Shown here piece after piece: positions 38,281 through 51,760 of a stretch of 64,000 bases of DNA. Positions within the stretch are counted from its first letter, which is position 1; the number at the start of each line of letters is the position of its first letter. The stretch is from Chiloscyllium plagiosum (Eukaryota): assembly GCF_004010195.1 (NCBI RefSeq), contig NC_057711.1, positions 77,474,341 through 77,538,340 of the forward strand. Direction: 5' to 3'. The notes below the pieces were generated by a model that was given only the letters and a program-made list of their open reading frames with translations, was not told the origin of the DNA and did no database searches. The position numbers were made by a program, and so were the translations under genes.

Positions 38281-40859
38281 AGCCTACTTAGAACATATTT
38301 ACTCCAGAATGTTGAAAAACCTGTCAAATGAGATTAAACATTCATATATACTAGGGATAGAGTTCATACAATGGGCCAAATTCTAACAAAATATATCACA
38401 CCAATGCAATTTCACATAGCTACGGAAATATATGAACCTATTATTAGGTACCAAATGTAACAGCTCAGCCATTAGTGAAGTCATACAATCCTAAATTTCC
38501 TCAGACCTAGAGCAGACTGCTGATGTAAAAGGAGCAAAAGAGGGCAGAAAGTGAGACTGGATATTGTGCTGATAGATTTCCACACTGAAGAAACGACGAC
38601 AGGGATTTCTCTAGGGAAGGGAATGAACAGGAGTTCTTTTCTCCCCCTTACCATATAATGCACAAAAATGTGGCCACAGCACTAGCAGAATGTCATTATT
38701 AGTCAGATTCCAGGCTGCTCTTGTCGGTGTAGGCAGTCATTGTTCTGAAAAGGTAAAAGCGCACTCAACAGAACCAGAGATGACTTGGTAGCAACTCCTT
38801 GGCAATAGCTTTCGAGTGAGCTTCAAAACTCGTTCATTTTGGTGAATGTTTTCTTTGCTAAGTTAGCCAATCTTACATATCCTCAGAGGTTGCATTTCTT
38901 TAAGCTCCCCTAATAGGTTGTTTCAGATTTCTCAATCTTAGCTTATAATATTTCTGAGAACTTGTGCAGGATAAGATACAAGATTCACTAGTCTGAAGGT
39001 TAGGGTGTGGAGCAGTGTCTTCAGTTTTCCTAACTTCAGGTTTGGTCTTCAGAATGGTCTTCCAGCTGTTTTTAACCTGTTCCTTCTTTGAAATCTGCAA
39101 AACATAATTACTAAATCAAGATGCAGGATTTACTCAAATTTGCTCCTATACATCACTAGACAATAATTCTGGAACTGCAGCTTTGTGGGAATGTCAGATC
39201 CATTCCTTTTTGGGGTTTGTTGGTAATTGCTAATTAATTTATCTTTTAATGTGGGGGGCATGTGTTGATACGCCTTTTACTATTTTAGGATGTTAGAAGA
39301 CTCCCATTGCTATGGTTGAGGCAGCTGAGCTAACCACAGATGGTGAGTGGGTACAGAAATTGGTAGCTCCCTGTCATTTTTAAATGACCAATTAACAACC
39401 TATGTTAAGAACTCAATTGGCAGTAACATCTTACTGCCCAGTTGGAAACAATGAGAAGTGTTTCATAATATTTTCTTTTATAATCTGGGTTTAGGACTGT
39501 ATAATCTCACAAAAGTATAATGTTTAATTCCATGGTCTATTTGTACCAGAGCTCTTTACTTACAATGACATCTGCACATACGTTCTCTTCATACAAGCAT
39601 CCGCTCCTATTCAGATTTTTCAACTTACTGATGTGATGCTGACATTATTATTTCATCATCATAATTTATACTTGTGATGTTAACCCATTAATTTACATCT
39701 CCCCCTTGCCCTTGTCCAAGTCTTTGATCCTATCACATTTACATTCTCTGCATCACTCCTCTAAGGTCTCAGACTTCATAGAGCTAGACTTGCTTGACCA
39801 ATCTCCCCGATCTGGTTCTGACCTTCGTTTGTGGTCAATGGGGCTGTTCGTACTTTCTCATCTATCAGTGTAAGTGTTCTTTTGCTGGGTAGTTACAGAG
39901 CTTCCTTCTTCTTGTGACTGGTAAATACAAGTTTCTTATGAGTCTCTGTGAAATGATATCATTGTATTACAGTTTTACCTTTTGATATTGTGGTCTGTCT
40001 CAACCATGTGTGATTTAGATTATGATCTTTTTCAACAATTAAATATTCCTTCTGTTAGTCCTTTACCTGTATTCTCCCCCCACCCCCGGCTTCAGAAGTG
40101 GTAACTCTCATGCCCTGTATCTGTTATTTATTTTGAGTCTAGACACTTGATCTTGACTTTTGATAGTGCAAAGCAAACAGTATGAAGTCATTTGAAAGTA
40201 TCAGGCAGGACAGTAATAGTTGACCATTGAAAAAAATTGCAAGTCAGATTTCTGTTGTTTAAATTCATTGACTAATAATAATAGACCAGAATATTATCAC
40301 CGCTGTAGAACCAAGAATATTTACTTGGCCAAGAAGCAATACAATTTCCACATCTTCTTCTTCCTCTTCTGGTTCAGTTTGCTAAATTATCCTTCCGTGT
40401 GAAGATGATAAATCTAATTTATTTCGAAAAGGTGATCTGACATAGAGTAACTGCTGGAAGCAACAAAATCTGCCATACAGCAAGGATTGAAATGCCATCA
40501 ATGTCACTGTGCTTAGGAAGTTTTCATTTCCTCATTGTTCCTTAACCTAACATCATGAGTCCTCAAAAAAAAACCTTGTCTATCTTAAACTGATGTCTCC
40601 TTCCTTGCCAGACAATTTCTAACCACCTGTTCAGAGATGTTAATACAGAAGGACTGTACCACTGCATCATAAGAGCCATCTCCTTCACTGCTACCATATT
40701 CTTGTATGGGTTCTTCATATTTTCATATAAGCTGAGGACAGACTTCTGAATTACTTTTAAGCAATGTTTATTTACAGATTATGATAAGGTTTCAGATCAG
40801 CATGTTCTATGCTCAACATGTTCCAAACATTTGGTGGAGTACCATTGCATGACTGTTGA

Positions 40860-43345
40860 TATTACAGTTATGTTGCACTTTAGATAAAGTAACAAGACAA
40901 GTGAGGGCTCAACAAATGGTAGGACACTAGGAAGCTCAGAAGAACACAGGGATCTTGGAGTGCTTGTCCACTAATCCTTGAAGGTGGCACGACACATTAA
41001 TAGGGTAGTTAAGAAGGCATATAGGATACTTGCTTTATCTGTCATGGCATAGATTATAAATGCAGAGAGGTTATGTTGGAGTTGTGTGGATTTTGGTTAA
41101 ACCATAACTGCAGTTCTGTGTACTACACTATAGGAGGGATGTGGTTGTACTGTAGGGATGCAGAGGAGATTCAGCAGGATGGTGTCTGGGTTGAAGCACT
41201 TTACCTATGAAGAGATATTGTTTTCTTTGGAGCAGAAATGATTGAGGGGGGACCTGATAGAGATATATTCAATTATAAGGGACATGGACAGGATGCACAA
41301 AAAGTAGCTTTACCCCTGAGTTAAGGGTCAATAATGAGGATCCACATTTTTAAGATGATAGGAAAGAAGAAGACAAAAGGGTAAATAGGGAGAGAATAGG
41401 ATCCCTCAAAGATCAGCAGGGCAGCCTTTGTGTGGAACTGCAGGGGATGGGGAGATAAAAAAAACTATTTTGCATCAGTGTTTAGTGTGGAATAGGACAT
41501 GGAAGATATCGAATGTAAGGTCATAGATGGTGACATCTTGCAAAATGTCCAGATTACAGAGGAAGAAGTGCTGGATGTCTTGAAATGCATAAAAGTGGAT
41601 AAATCCCCAGGACCTGATCAAGTGTACCCTAGAACTTTGTGGGAAGCTAGGGAAATGATTGCTGGGCCCCTTGCTGAGATATTTGTGTGATCGATAGTCA
41701 CAAGTGAGGTGCCGGAAGACTGGAGGTTGGCTAACGTGACGCCACTGTTTCAGAAGGGTGGTAAGGACAAGCCAGGGAACTGTAGACCAGTGAGCCTGAT
41801 GTTGATGGTGGGCAAGTTGTTGTAGGGAATCCTGAGGGACAGGATGTACATGTATTTGGAAAGGCAAGGACTGATTAGAGATAGTCAACATGGCTTTGTG
41901 CATAGGAAATCATGTCTCACAAACTTGATTGAGTTTTTTCAAGAACCAATGAAGAGGATAGATGAGGGCAGAGTGGTGCGCATGATCTATATGGACTTCA
42001 GGAAGGCATTTGACAAGGTTCTCCATGGGAGACTGGTGAGCCAGGTTAGATCTCATGGAATACAGGGAGAACTAGGCATTTGGATACAGAACTGACTCAA
42101 AGTAGAAGACAGAATGGGTGGTGGAGGGTTGTTTCTCAGACTGGAGGCCTGTGACCAGTGGAGTGCCACAAGGATCGGTGCTGGACCCTCTACTTTTTGT
42201 CATTTATATAAATAATTTGGATGCGAGCATAGGAGGTACAGTTAGTAAGTTTGCAGATGACACCAAAATTGGAGGTGTAGTGGACAGCAAAGAAGGCTAC
42301 CTCAGATTACAATGGGATCTTGATCAGGTGAGCCAATGGGCTGAGAAGTGGCAGATGCAGTTTAATTTAGATAAATGTGAGGTGCTGCATTTTAGGAAAG
42401 CAAATCTTAGCAGGATTTATACACTTAATGGTAAGGTCCTAGGGGCTGTCGCTGAACAAAGAGACCTTGGAGTGCAGGTTCATAGCTCCTTGAAAGTGGA
42501 GTCGCAGGTAGATAGGATAGTGAAGAAGGTATTTGGTATGCTTTCCTTTATTGGTTAGAGTATTGAGTACAGGAATTGGGAGGTCATGTTGCGGCTGTAC
42601 AGGACATTGGTTTGGCCACTTTTCGAACATTGCGTGCAAACTTGGTCTCCTTCCTATTGGAAAGATGTTGTGAAACTTGAAAGGGTTCAGAAAAGATTTA
42701 CAAGAATGTCGCCGGGGTTGGAGGATTTGAGCCATAGGGAGTGGTGGAATAGACTGGGGCTGTTTTCTTTGGAGCGTCAGAGGCTCATGGATGACCTTAT
42801 AAAGATTTATAAAATCATGAGGGGCATGGATATGATAAATAGACAAAGTCTTTTCCCTGGGTTTGGGGAGTACAGAATTAAAGGGCATAGGTTTAGGGTG
42901 AGAGGGGAAAGATATAAAAGGGACCTACGGGGCAACTTTTTCACACAGAGGATGGTACACGTATGGAATGAGCTGCCAGTGGAAGTGATGGAGGCTGGTA
43001 CGATTGCACCATTTAAGAGGCATCTGCTTGGGTATATGAATAGGAAGGGTTTGGAGGGATATAGGCCGGGTGCTGGCAGGTGGGACTAGATTGGGTTGGG
43101 ATATCTGGTTGGCATGGACGAGTTGGACCGAAGGGTCTGTTTCCATGCTGTACATCTCTATGATTCTATGACTCTAAGTATAAAAGGGAGCTGAAGACAC
43201 ACCTTTTCACCAAAATTGTGTTAGGGGTCTGGAATGCACTGCCTGGGACGGTAGTAGAGGCAGTTAACCTCACAACATTTAAAAAGTACGTGACTAAGCA
43301 CTTGGAATATCTTAACATTCAAGGGCCCCCCAATGCTGGAAAGTG
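40860..43345 (+). mobile_element. Older CR1 (about 40860-41371 and 43177-43345) split by a younger CR1
   Basis: The older copy stops at tttaagatgataggaaagaag and resumes at tataaaagggagctga..ggtctggaatgcactgcctggg. Confidence 0.8.
41372..43176 (+). mobile_element. 5'-truncated CR1-clade (HER1-like) LINE; reverse transcriptase pseudogene
   Basis: DKSPGPD, SQHGF..SCLTNL, YMDFRKAFDKV, GVPQGSVLDPLLF, SKFADDTK, LERVQKRFTRM; several stops and frameshifts; (ctatga)-type tail. Confidence 0.97.
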
Positions 43346-43349
43346 GTGG

Positions 43350-43615
43350 TTGCAGCAATGGCAGCATTGCAGCATTAGTGGGTCCAGTGCAGGCAGCATT
43401 GGTGAGCCTGTCTCAAGATTCATGGTCGTGGTGGCAGTGAGGGTGAGTCAGACATAATCTTTTCCTTTTGGTTCTGTTTCTGTTTCTTTAATTTTGGATC
43501 TTGTTTTTAATTCTAAGTATTGTATTCTAAGATGGCACCAGAGAGTGGCAACTCTGTACACTTTTCACAGTACGTTGTACTTTTGTACTTGGGTACATCT
43601 GATAATAAAACTGAT
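43350..43615 (+). mobile_element. GC-rich non-coding retroelement with a Rex1/Babar-like tail
   Basis: tgtacacttttcacagtac..gtacatctgataataaaa, as at 19968-20060; related body at 37010-37310. Confidence 0.5.
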
Positions 43616-43961
43616 TTTTGATAAAGTAGATTTAACATAGTTTTAGCATGCCCCTTCAGTACATTTTGCCCTAGCCTCAGAACACTTTTGTCTGTAATAA
43701 GCCGGAAGAAGACAGAGATCTTAAGAGACTCATTATGATCTAATGACTTACTAGTCATGTACTCCAAAATCCTGAAGTCACTATCAACATCACATGCCCC
43801 CCTTCTGCACAGAGTCTTGTTATTTTTATTCTCTCCCATAACACAATACTGGATGCCAAAATCATCCATTGTGTAGTGAAAAAAATTATGTCCTTTTTAA
43901 ATTATGAAGTGAAATGAGAAAGAGCTGTTTTGAAATCCAGGAATTTACAAAGTTATCTGTA

Positions 43962-44970
43962 TGTTATGAAAGTATGGTTTTGATACCTTTTATGAGCCCT
44001 GTATGTGTAGCTGTGCATTCCAACAATGTGCAGATGAACTGGAGTCAAAGAATTATTTACAAGTGAAGCTGATTGGTTTGTGGATTAGGCCTAGTTATCA
44101 ATGGCAGAGGTTGTTTGCCTACTAACAACATGGTAGTCAGGTGACTAAACAACATGGGCTGTATACTAGACAAGAAGAAGCTTTGTCAGACCAGAAGAGG
44201 AATTAATAGTTTGGAGCAACTGAAAAACTCTCACTCTCAGTCTTCTGTAATGAGCCACTTTGAACCAAAAGAAAAACACTAAAATAAAACAAAGAACTCA
44301 AGATTTCAGAGTCCTGAAACAAAAACAGTAGTTACTGAGTTCCAATTAAGAGTCAGTGGACTCAAAATGCTAACTCTGCTTTCTTCCCACAGATGCTAAA
44401 TGGCTGAGTTTCACCAGCATTTTCTGTTTTGGTTGTGGAAGGAAAAAGTTTATATTTCCTTCAACTGATGCTGCTAATTCTCTCTTTGAATTTGATAAGT
44501 CACAAACTGTTCAAAACTGAAAAGTCATCCTGTGCTCCCCACAAAGCAGTGGGAGTATTCAGAAAAAGGAAGTTCAAGGAGAAACTTTCAGGTTAGTAAG
44601 AACAATCCATCAGATCAAGTGACCAAACACTGTAGAACAGTTTTCCCAGTTTCCCATCTGCCCCGTGTGTTTTTCTCCTGTTTATGTTTGTCTCTGTGTT
44701 TTTGTCTGTGTGTTTGTGTGTGTGTCTGTCTGTCTAAGTTTTGAGTTTTAATTTGCAGAGTTTCCTTCATTGAGTTTAAATGTAGCTACAAATGTACCTG
44801 TAATAAATAATATTCCTAGTGAAGTACAGAAACCTGGTCCTTGCTTTCTATCAATGTGGGTCATTCAGTTTGGGAATTTTACCAAATTCTTTTAAAAACG
44901 TTCATTTTTCTGATGTCACCAAGAATAGCAGGACTTGATTTCCAATGCAATATCCTAATGAGTTGTGACA
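43962..44970 (+). mobile_element. Possible solo LTR with a PLE family C insert (about 44280-44430)
   Basis: TGTTATGA..TTGTGACA termini and internal AATAAA near 44800; no TSD seen. Confidence 0.35.
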
Positions 44971-46147
44971 AAAACAAAAGCAAGCTCAGAGTTTAACAGC
45001 CACACTCAGACTCAGAGTAAAGTGAACCAGTAAGGTAGACTAACCCAGAATTTAATTTTTTAAGGGATGTCCTTAGAAAAGTTTCAGAATAAATCTTGTT
45101 TAATTGTTGGTGAAGATTTGATATAATGTGCCTGAAAGATTTATGATGTATTTGGAGTTCACAGCTCCATCAACAATGAACTTGAAATAGTGAGTACTTT
45201 TAAAGGAGTGCATGAAATCCACATTTCTGCTTTACTTACTCCTAAACCAGCATCAATGTTGGGTGAGAGAATTAATTGAAATATTAGTTATTAAAATGTA
45301 GCACTACTTTCTGATGAATGCTGACAGGCATCACAAGTGACATTCAGATCCTTAGCAAACCTCCATGCAGTCACTCTACGCAAAGTTTCATTCCTTTAAC
45401 AGCCTCGTGTTATCTCGTGTGAAACAGCTGTCAGCTCAAAACCACATCCTGGTCAACTTTAGTACTGGGCACACTATTGAAAATTGCTTTAAGGTCTTAT
45501 GTCCTACTCAAAGACGAAAGACAAAAGTTAATCCATACCTTTTTCAACTTAAATCATAACTAGCGAAAAAAGGTCAAATTAGTAAGTTAAAAACTGAAGG
45601 TTCAGAACAGAAATACTTTTTCATGCAAAGAGTGATTAATACTTGGAAACATCTTCTGTGCAGAGAAAACTTTAAGATCATTCCAAAGGCAGGTAGCTGC
45701 TGTACTACTGGGAATTTGATGCTCTTTGGAAGGAAGATGAGGGATGACAGATGAGCCAGATTTGGCAAGGGGGTTCTTTCATTTGTACTCCTCATGATCA
45801 TTGTGATGTAATCTCTCAGTAGACTAACATTTGCTGGAGAATGCTATGTATAAATTGAACCTCGTTCAGTTTTAAGTTTACCAGGCTATACCATCTTCAC
45901 TGCACCATTACAGAACCATTTGTACAATAGCCTGCAATCATACTTATACTTATTTGTCTCTTGAAGTGTGTGTTTTGAGCTGCTTGTCATAATGTGCATT
46001 ATAAGAATGTCCCTCAATTAACTATCATATAATGAGTACTTCATCACTTTTAAATTAAGTTGCAACTCTGCTCCTGCCAAGGCTATCTCTGAAGGCAGAT
46101 ATAGCACATGTTTTATATTTGAACCTTAATAGTGCATGTGGCAAATT

Positions 46148-46690
46148 ATGATTTGGAGGTGCCTGGTGTATAATCTGTATACCAGGTTATAGTCCAACAG
46201 GTTTATTTAGAAGCACTAGCTTTCGGAGTGCTGCTCCTTCATCAGGTGGTTGTGGAGTGTAAGATCGTAAGACACATAATTTACAGCAAAAGTTTACAGT
46301 GTGTAACTGAAATTATATATTGAAAAAGACCTGGATTGTTTGTTAAGTCTCTCATCTTTTAGAATGACCATGTTGGTTTCAGTTTTTTCATATGTAAATC
46401 CCAGATCTTTTTTTTAAGTTACATTCTCAAGTGAACTGTAAGAATAGGTGCCATGTTGGCCCAGATAATGCATTGAAGGTGAGAAACTGTCTGTGCCCCA
46501 ATATTCAAACTGATTCTATTTCTGAAAAAGGGATTTACAGAATCTTACATGGATTCATGCAGTTTTTGAGCAAATTAAAATGTAACTCTGCAAGTACAAA
46601 TTCACCCATAAACGTGTGTGTGTGTGTGTGTGGGGTGGGGGGGGGGGGGGTCGGTGAGCGCAGCTATGAGTGTCTGTGAGAGATGTGTGA
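46148..46690 (-). mobile_element. PLE family B pseudo-LTR/3' region including a (GT)n-G tract
   Basis: accaggttatagtccaacaggtttattt tail; intact hammerhead; (GT)n at about 46613-46631. Confidence 0.85.
46214..46248 (-). ncRNA. Minimal type-I hammerhead ribozyme, core intact
   Basis: Minus strand CAC-CUGAUGA-A-GGAG(CAGCA)CUCC-GAAA-GC-UA-GUG: stem I CAC/GUG, 4-bp stem II, loopless palindromic AGCU stem III, CUA cleavage triplet. Confidence 0.8.
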
Positions 46691-47559
46691 GCATTTTGAA
46701 GTGTAATCATAAACGAGATGATGTTTTGGTTTCTACTTCTTCCACTGAAAGTTGTTCTAATGGAAATTATTTGATGGTTACTTTATCATAAAGATGCAAA
46801 CTTAGATCCAGAGATTTTTAAGGGATCTGTTCACTTTGGGGGTACAGGGCGGATTGTGTTTTTTTTTAGAATATTGGAAATTGTCTTAGGATTATTACAG
46901 ATTGTCTCATTGTGTGGTGCAACTTGTCACAGCTGTCAAAATGCAATAGAGATTTCAGGGCAGTTGTTAGGTATCAATTGGTTGAAGCCTCCACAGTGAG
47001 ATTTCCTTTTTTCAGCTTTGCAGCTACAAAGCATCAACCAGGCAGAGACAAGTCTCAAGGAAGAGTAGAACAATACTAATAACTCTGAGGTGACATAGTG
47101 TGGCTGTGCTATGTACTGTACTGAATGCCCTTTTCACTTGTTTCCCCATGTAATCATGATATTAGAAGCATTTTTATTGCTGTGTTATATATCTGAAACT
47201 CTGACTTACACAAATGCCTTATAGTTGCGTAGATTTACAAATCTCAAGGGTAATCCTGACCAATTTTGATTTAGAATTGATTTGCAGAAGACACTTCAAG
47301 AGATCATGATGTAATAAATGCTTTATAACAAGTTACACATTTGTACAATCAAGTAACTTATATTAATTTTACATGTATGTGCATTTACATGTGCTATGTA
47401 CTATGTGCTAGCATTTTAAAATTCTTCTCCTTAGTACCTCTGTGGGTTTTTACATATACGATCTTGGAGGCTGCTCCCTTCACAAGGTTACCACTGTTCT
47501 TAATCTTTAGTATCCTTAGGCCATCTTTATTCTATTGTAAGACTCTCTTATTCTCAAGG

Positions 47560-48165
47560 AGAGACAGTGTCAAATAAAGGGGACTGTACTGAAAGGTGTG
47601 CAGGAATAGAAACACCTGGGTCTATATATACTTAAGTCATTAAAAGTATTGGGAGTAATGGAGAAAGCAGTTAATAAAGCACCCAGTATCTCAGACTTTA
47701 TTAGTAGGAACAAAGAGTACAAGAGGAGGAGGTGATACTGAACTTGAATTCAAGATTAGAAAGATATTGAGATTGTGTACAGTTCTGTTAGCAACACTTT
47801 AGGAAGGATGTGAACGTATTGGAAAGAATGTGGAAGTCATTTGCAAGAATGGTCCAGGGATGAGAATCTTTAGTTACAAGGATAGATTGGAGAGTTGGGA
47901 CTGCTTTCCCTGGAGCTGAGAAAGCAAAGGGAGATTTATTGAAATTTTCAAAATCTTGAATGGGCTGGACAGTTCCCATCCATAAACAGGTTGAGAATGA
48001 GAGGGCATCAATTTAAAATAGTCTGCAAAAGAAACAAATGTGATCTGAGAAAAATATTTCTTTTAATACAGTGAATAAATCAATGAAGCATTCAGGATAG
48101 CATGAGACGATTATTTCAATAGAAACAATGTACACAGCTACTGAGGAAAAGCAGGAGAATAGAAC
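47560..48165 (+). mobile_element. Decayed CR1 3' fragment
   Basis: tttaggaaggatgtgaac..ggatagattggagagttggga. Confidence 0.75.
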
Positions 48166-49204
48166 AAAGTTTTGTTTACATATTAAGCACTTTGCATTGT
48201 TGTGAACAATATAAGAACAGAATAATATAGCAACAAATCGCTGTCAAGTATTTATGTTCCATTTTTAATACACTTTTGACATTTGGTCGTCCATGATCCT
48301 TGGCCAGCTTGAAATTTTCAATAAGCTGCTGATGTGGCATTCTGCTTAAGTTATATTTTTAAAAAGCCTCAGAGATAGCTCAAGATTCTAGGATAATAGC
48401 AATGCAATTTAGGAAACAACTTATTTGGACAAAGTTAAACTGCCATTTGTTATATTGTGTAGATGCATTTTCTGTTGCTTCTTTAACTCATATTTTATCA
48501 TTATTGTGTTTAGCCTATTTAACGAAATTAGATTTAGCTCAGGTCAAGCCGATTTGAATTGAATCTGAGTTCTTGGCATTTTTGATCACCAGGACTACGT
48601 GCCTGTTTATTTCCCTATGGTGTGAGAATACAAGGTTGACACTTTTTTGTCCTTGGAGGAGCAAGTGACTGGAATTGTAATTAGATTTATGACTAAATTA
48701 AACACTTCTGTAATATTGCTGTAGGCTTTTGGTGCTGCGTAAACCACAGGCCAGTTTCTGCAATAACCAACAAGCATCTATTTGCCACTAAGATTGTCAG
48801 TTTTGCTAAAAATGTTATCAATAGAAAATGCAGGTTTTTTGTTGCACTAGTTTCCTGCATATTCCCAGTGGTAAGTTTTGGATTCCTGCTTGAATATTTT
48901 TCTTTCTTTAAAAATACTTTTGTCCCTTTCAGGTTCTCATATAAATTCTTTTTCAGATTGGAAGTATCAGGATATTAATGGTACACTGTGAATACTGTTT
49001 TACTGCAGCTGAAAGCAAAACACAATGCCTTACCAATTCCTTTAGAGGTGCTATTTTGAATGTGTTCCTGTTGTGTCGATTGATCGTGTGATCATTTGGG
49101 GTCTGCAAGCACCTCAATACTGTCATGGGGTATGATCCTGAATCAAAGGTAACAGATGTGATCTCGTAGGATTTTATCAAGGGCACAAGCATAAACTCTG
49201 TAAA

Positions 49205-49300
49205 AAGAAACAAAAACAGAAGCAAAAATACAGCGGGTTTGACAGCATCTGTTGAGAGAAAAAAAGTTAACCTTTTGAGTCCAGTGACTCTTCAGAACTG
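49205..49300 (-). mobile_element. Short PLE family C copy ending at a hammerhead remnant
   Basis: Minus strand gtt-ctgaaga-gtcactggactc-aaaaggtt-aac. Confidence 0.7.
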
Positions 49301-49329
49301 AAAATGAATTTCTGTGTATACATTTGCTT

Positions 49330-49740
49330 AAAAGATAAACAACAATTTTCAGTTATACTGTACTTTAACGTAATGAAGCATACCAATATACTTTACAGGA
49401 GTGTTACAAAGTACAATTAGACAATGAGCCCTATAAGGCTATGTTAGGACACCTGGCAAAAGCATGGTCAAAAGTTCTAAACATTAAGGAGTCTCTTATG
49501 GGAAAGAGCTAAACAGTCAAAGAAGTTTAGGAAGGGAATTTCAGACTGTAGGTCAAAGGTAGCTGAAGACACAACCACCAATCATGGATCAATGAAAACT
49601 GGAGATTATGGGAAATTAGAATCAGATGAGTGTAGATATCTCAAAGGACTGTGAAGCTGGAGGATATTACAGCGATGTCTCAAGATGAGTCTACTGAAAT
49701 ATTTGAAAACAAGAATGAGAACAAGAATGGCATTGTTTGA
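49330..49740 (-). mobile_element. L2-type LINE 3' fragment
   Basis: ggaagggaatttcagactgtagg..agctgaagacacaaccacca. Confidence 0.55.
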
Positions 49741-50689
49741 GGTGAGTGAACATAGATATGTTAAGATATTTCAATCATGAAATATACTTTTTCAATTTGA
49801 TAACAGATAATCTTATGAAAGAAAAATCAGTGACAGTTTAAAGGAATTTCAGAAACTGAAACAAAAAGTTTTCATCACATAGGGTTGAATATACTAAAAC
49901 TTGGTTAAGTGTCAATTTTGGGGAGTTTCACAGAGGATTCCTGTCCATGAAGTCTAATCAGTTGTGTTCCACTGCTCATCTCATTATGTGTGGACCATGG
50001 TTCTATGGCACTGCATCATTGGCACTTTGTACTCACCAGTGGCAGAAGTACTTGCCATAGCCAGGACCTTCCAGGATTTCTGCTGCTGGTGTGTACCAGG
50101 TCAATTGCAGATAGCTGAGAATGACCATTCATAATACATGTCGTGGGAGGGAAACAAAATAAAAAGCTTCTGAAGGCACATAGATGGCACAAGTGACACC
50201 TTATTGGAAATAGAAGCTCACAATTGTAAATGTATTGCAACTTAACATTATCACCAGCCTGCCATTGTAACTGCAGCTACAAGAATGAAACTACTCAGCT
50301 ACCCATTCTGAGCACTATCCAATGCTGTCTAAGGAAGTACCACTTTTTTCCTTAGACACCAGCTTGGCATAACATCTTGTTCAATGTGGGAGCATTACAA
50401 GTTGGAAAGTCATAAAGTGTGAAAAACATTCTTGCTTATTGAAAAAGGAAAAATAAAGAAAACACAAACAAGAATAGTTGCATTTGCTTCTGGGAATCAA
50501 AAGAACTAGCTTGCCTTTAGACCAGCAACAAATGAGTGACCACTTCACCTAATTCAGTTTGATTAGAAATAGGTGGCGATTAGGTCCAGTCTGGCATATT
50601 GTGTTGCAGTGCTGAATTATGGTGAAGGTGATGTACCTCCTGCTCAATATTCACTTTTTCTTTCTTGGAAGATTGCTGCCATTCTCCTA

Positions 50690-51760
50690 CCTTTTCAGTT
50701 CCCATCGCATCACTTCTCTGCTTGTTCCAGTTCTGCAGAGTGCAGCATGCAAGGATTATACCACACACCTGTCCCCACAGTATGGCAAGGCCATCCCTAC
50801 CCAACACACTTCAACAGATCTAAACAACAGAACTTCATTTTGAGAAAGCCTATCAGCTGCTCCATTATCTTTTGTAGAAGCCTGGGCCACACTGCATCTA
50901 CAGTCATCATCTGTCAGGGGGTTGCATTACTGAGCTGTCAGATATGGTTGCAGATGGTAGTCTGAATAACTACCCTGTCCCTGTCTTGCCCAATTGTATC
51001 ATGCACCATTCTCAATTTGGCACTCATTGGATATCCTCCAAAACACTGGCATTCTGTCATCCATGGCACTTTTAAAAGGCCAATGTGTACCCAGGTGAGT
51101 ATTGGCATTCCATGGCAGTCCTGCTTGTTGAAGGACAGTCTTTCTGAAGTTGTCAGAGAAGAGGAAAATAGTGCTGCAATTCTTTGAAAGGGACCTGGAG
51201 GTACTGGTGGATAGAGTGATCCAGAGGACAGAGCCTTCAGAAGGTTAGTTTCCATTCTCTCCAGAGATGGCTGGGCCCTTCCCTGAAGGAAAATGTCCTG
51301 ATCAGGCCTACATGTGACTCCAGACCCACAACAATGTGGTTGACTCTTAACTTCTAACTTTGCAATAAATTCTGGCCTAGCCAGTGATGCCCTCATCCTG
51401 TGAATGAATAAAAATAAAATCATGCAAAAGTATCTCACGATATACACCATGGCACCAGCTGTGCACACCTCTCATCCATGGACATTGGAATCCAATTATG
51501 TCAACTCTTCACATATTTCATGGTATCTCTCCAATCTACTTGGAGGAACCTTAGGAAAGCAATGCCCACGTTGCAGGCTGCACCAGTAAATAACATTGAA
51601 AGACTGCTGCAAGGATACTTTGTAAGCAGGGACAGGAACCCAGCCCACGGATTGGATCAGGCTGCATGTCAAATCTGCTCACTTAAATTTGCTTTCTTAG
51701 CTAACCTAATTTTTGAGTACCTGGATGCTCATAGTATTCCTATTTTGCCTTGATTATTAG
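50690..51760 (-). pseudogene. PIF/Harbinger transposase fossil with a SINE fragment inserted at about 51295-51420
   Basis: CNPLTDDDCRCSVAQAST..IMEQLIGFLKMKFCCLD..QVCGIILACCTLQNW matches the Harbinger C-terminal IEQTIGLLKMRFRCL..IIVACCALHN pattern. Confidence 0.8.

Noticed and set aside
38900..39100. Minus-strand acceptor (AG at 39095-96) followed by a 66-aa ORF
   Set aside because: No recognisable protein similarity or convincing donor; compatible with chance
41499..43089. RT ORFs as a functional gene
   Set aside because: 5'-truncated CR1 lacking the endonuclease domain, broken into four ORFs by stops and frameshifts
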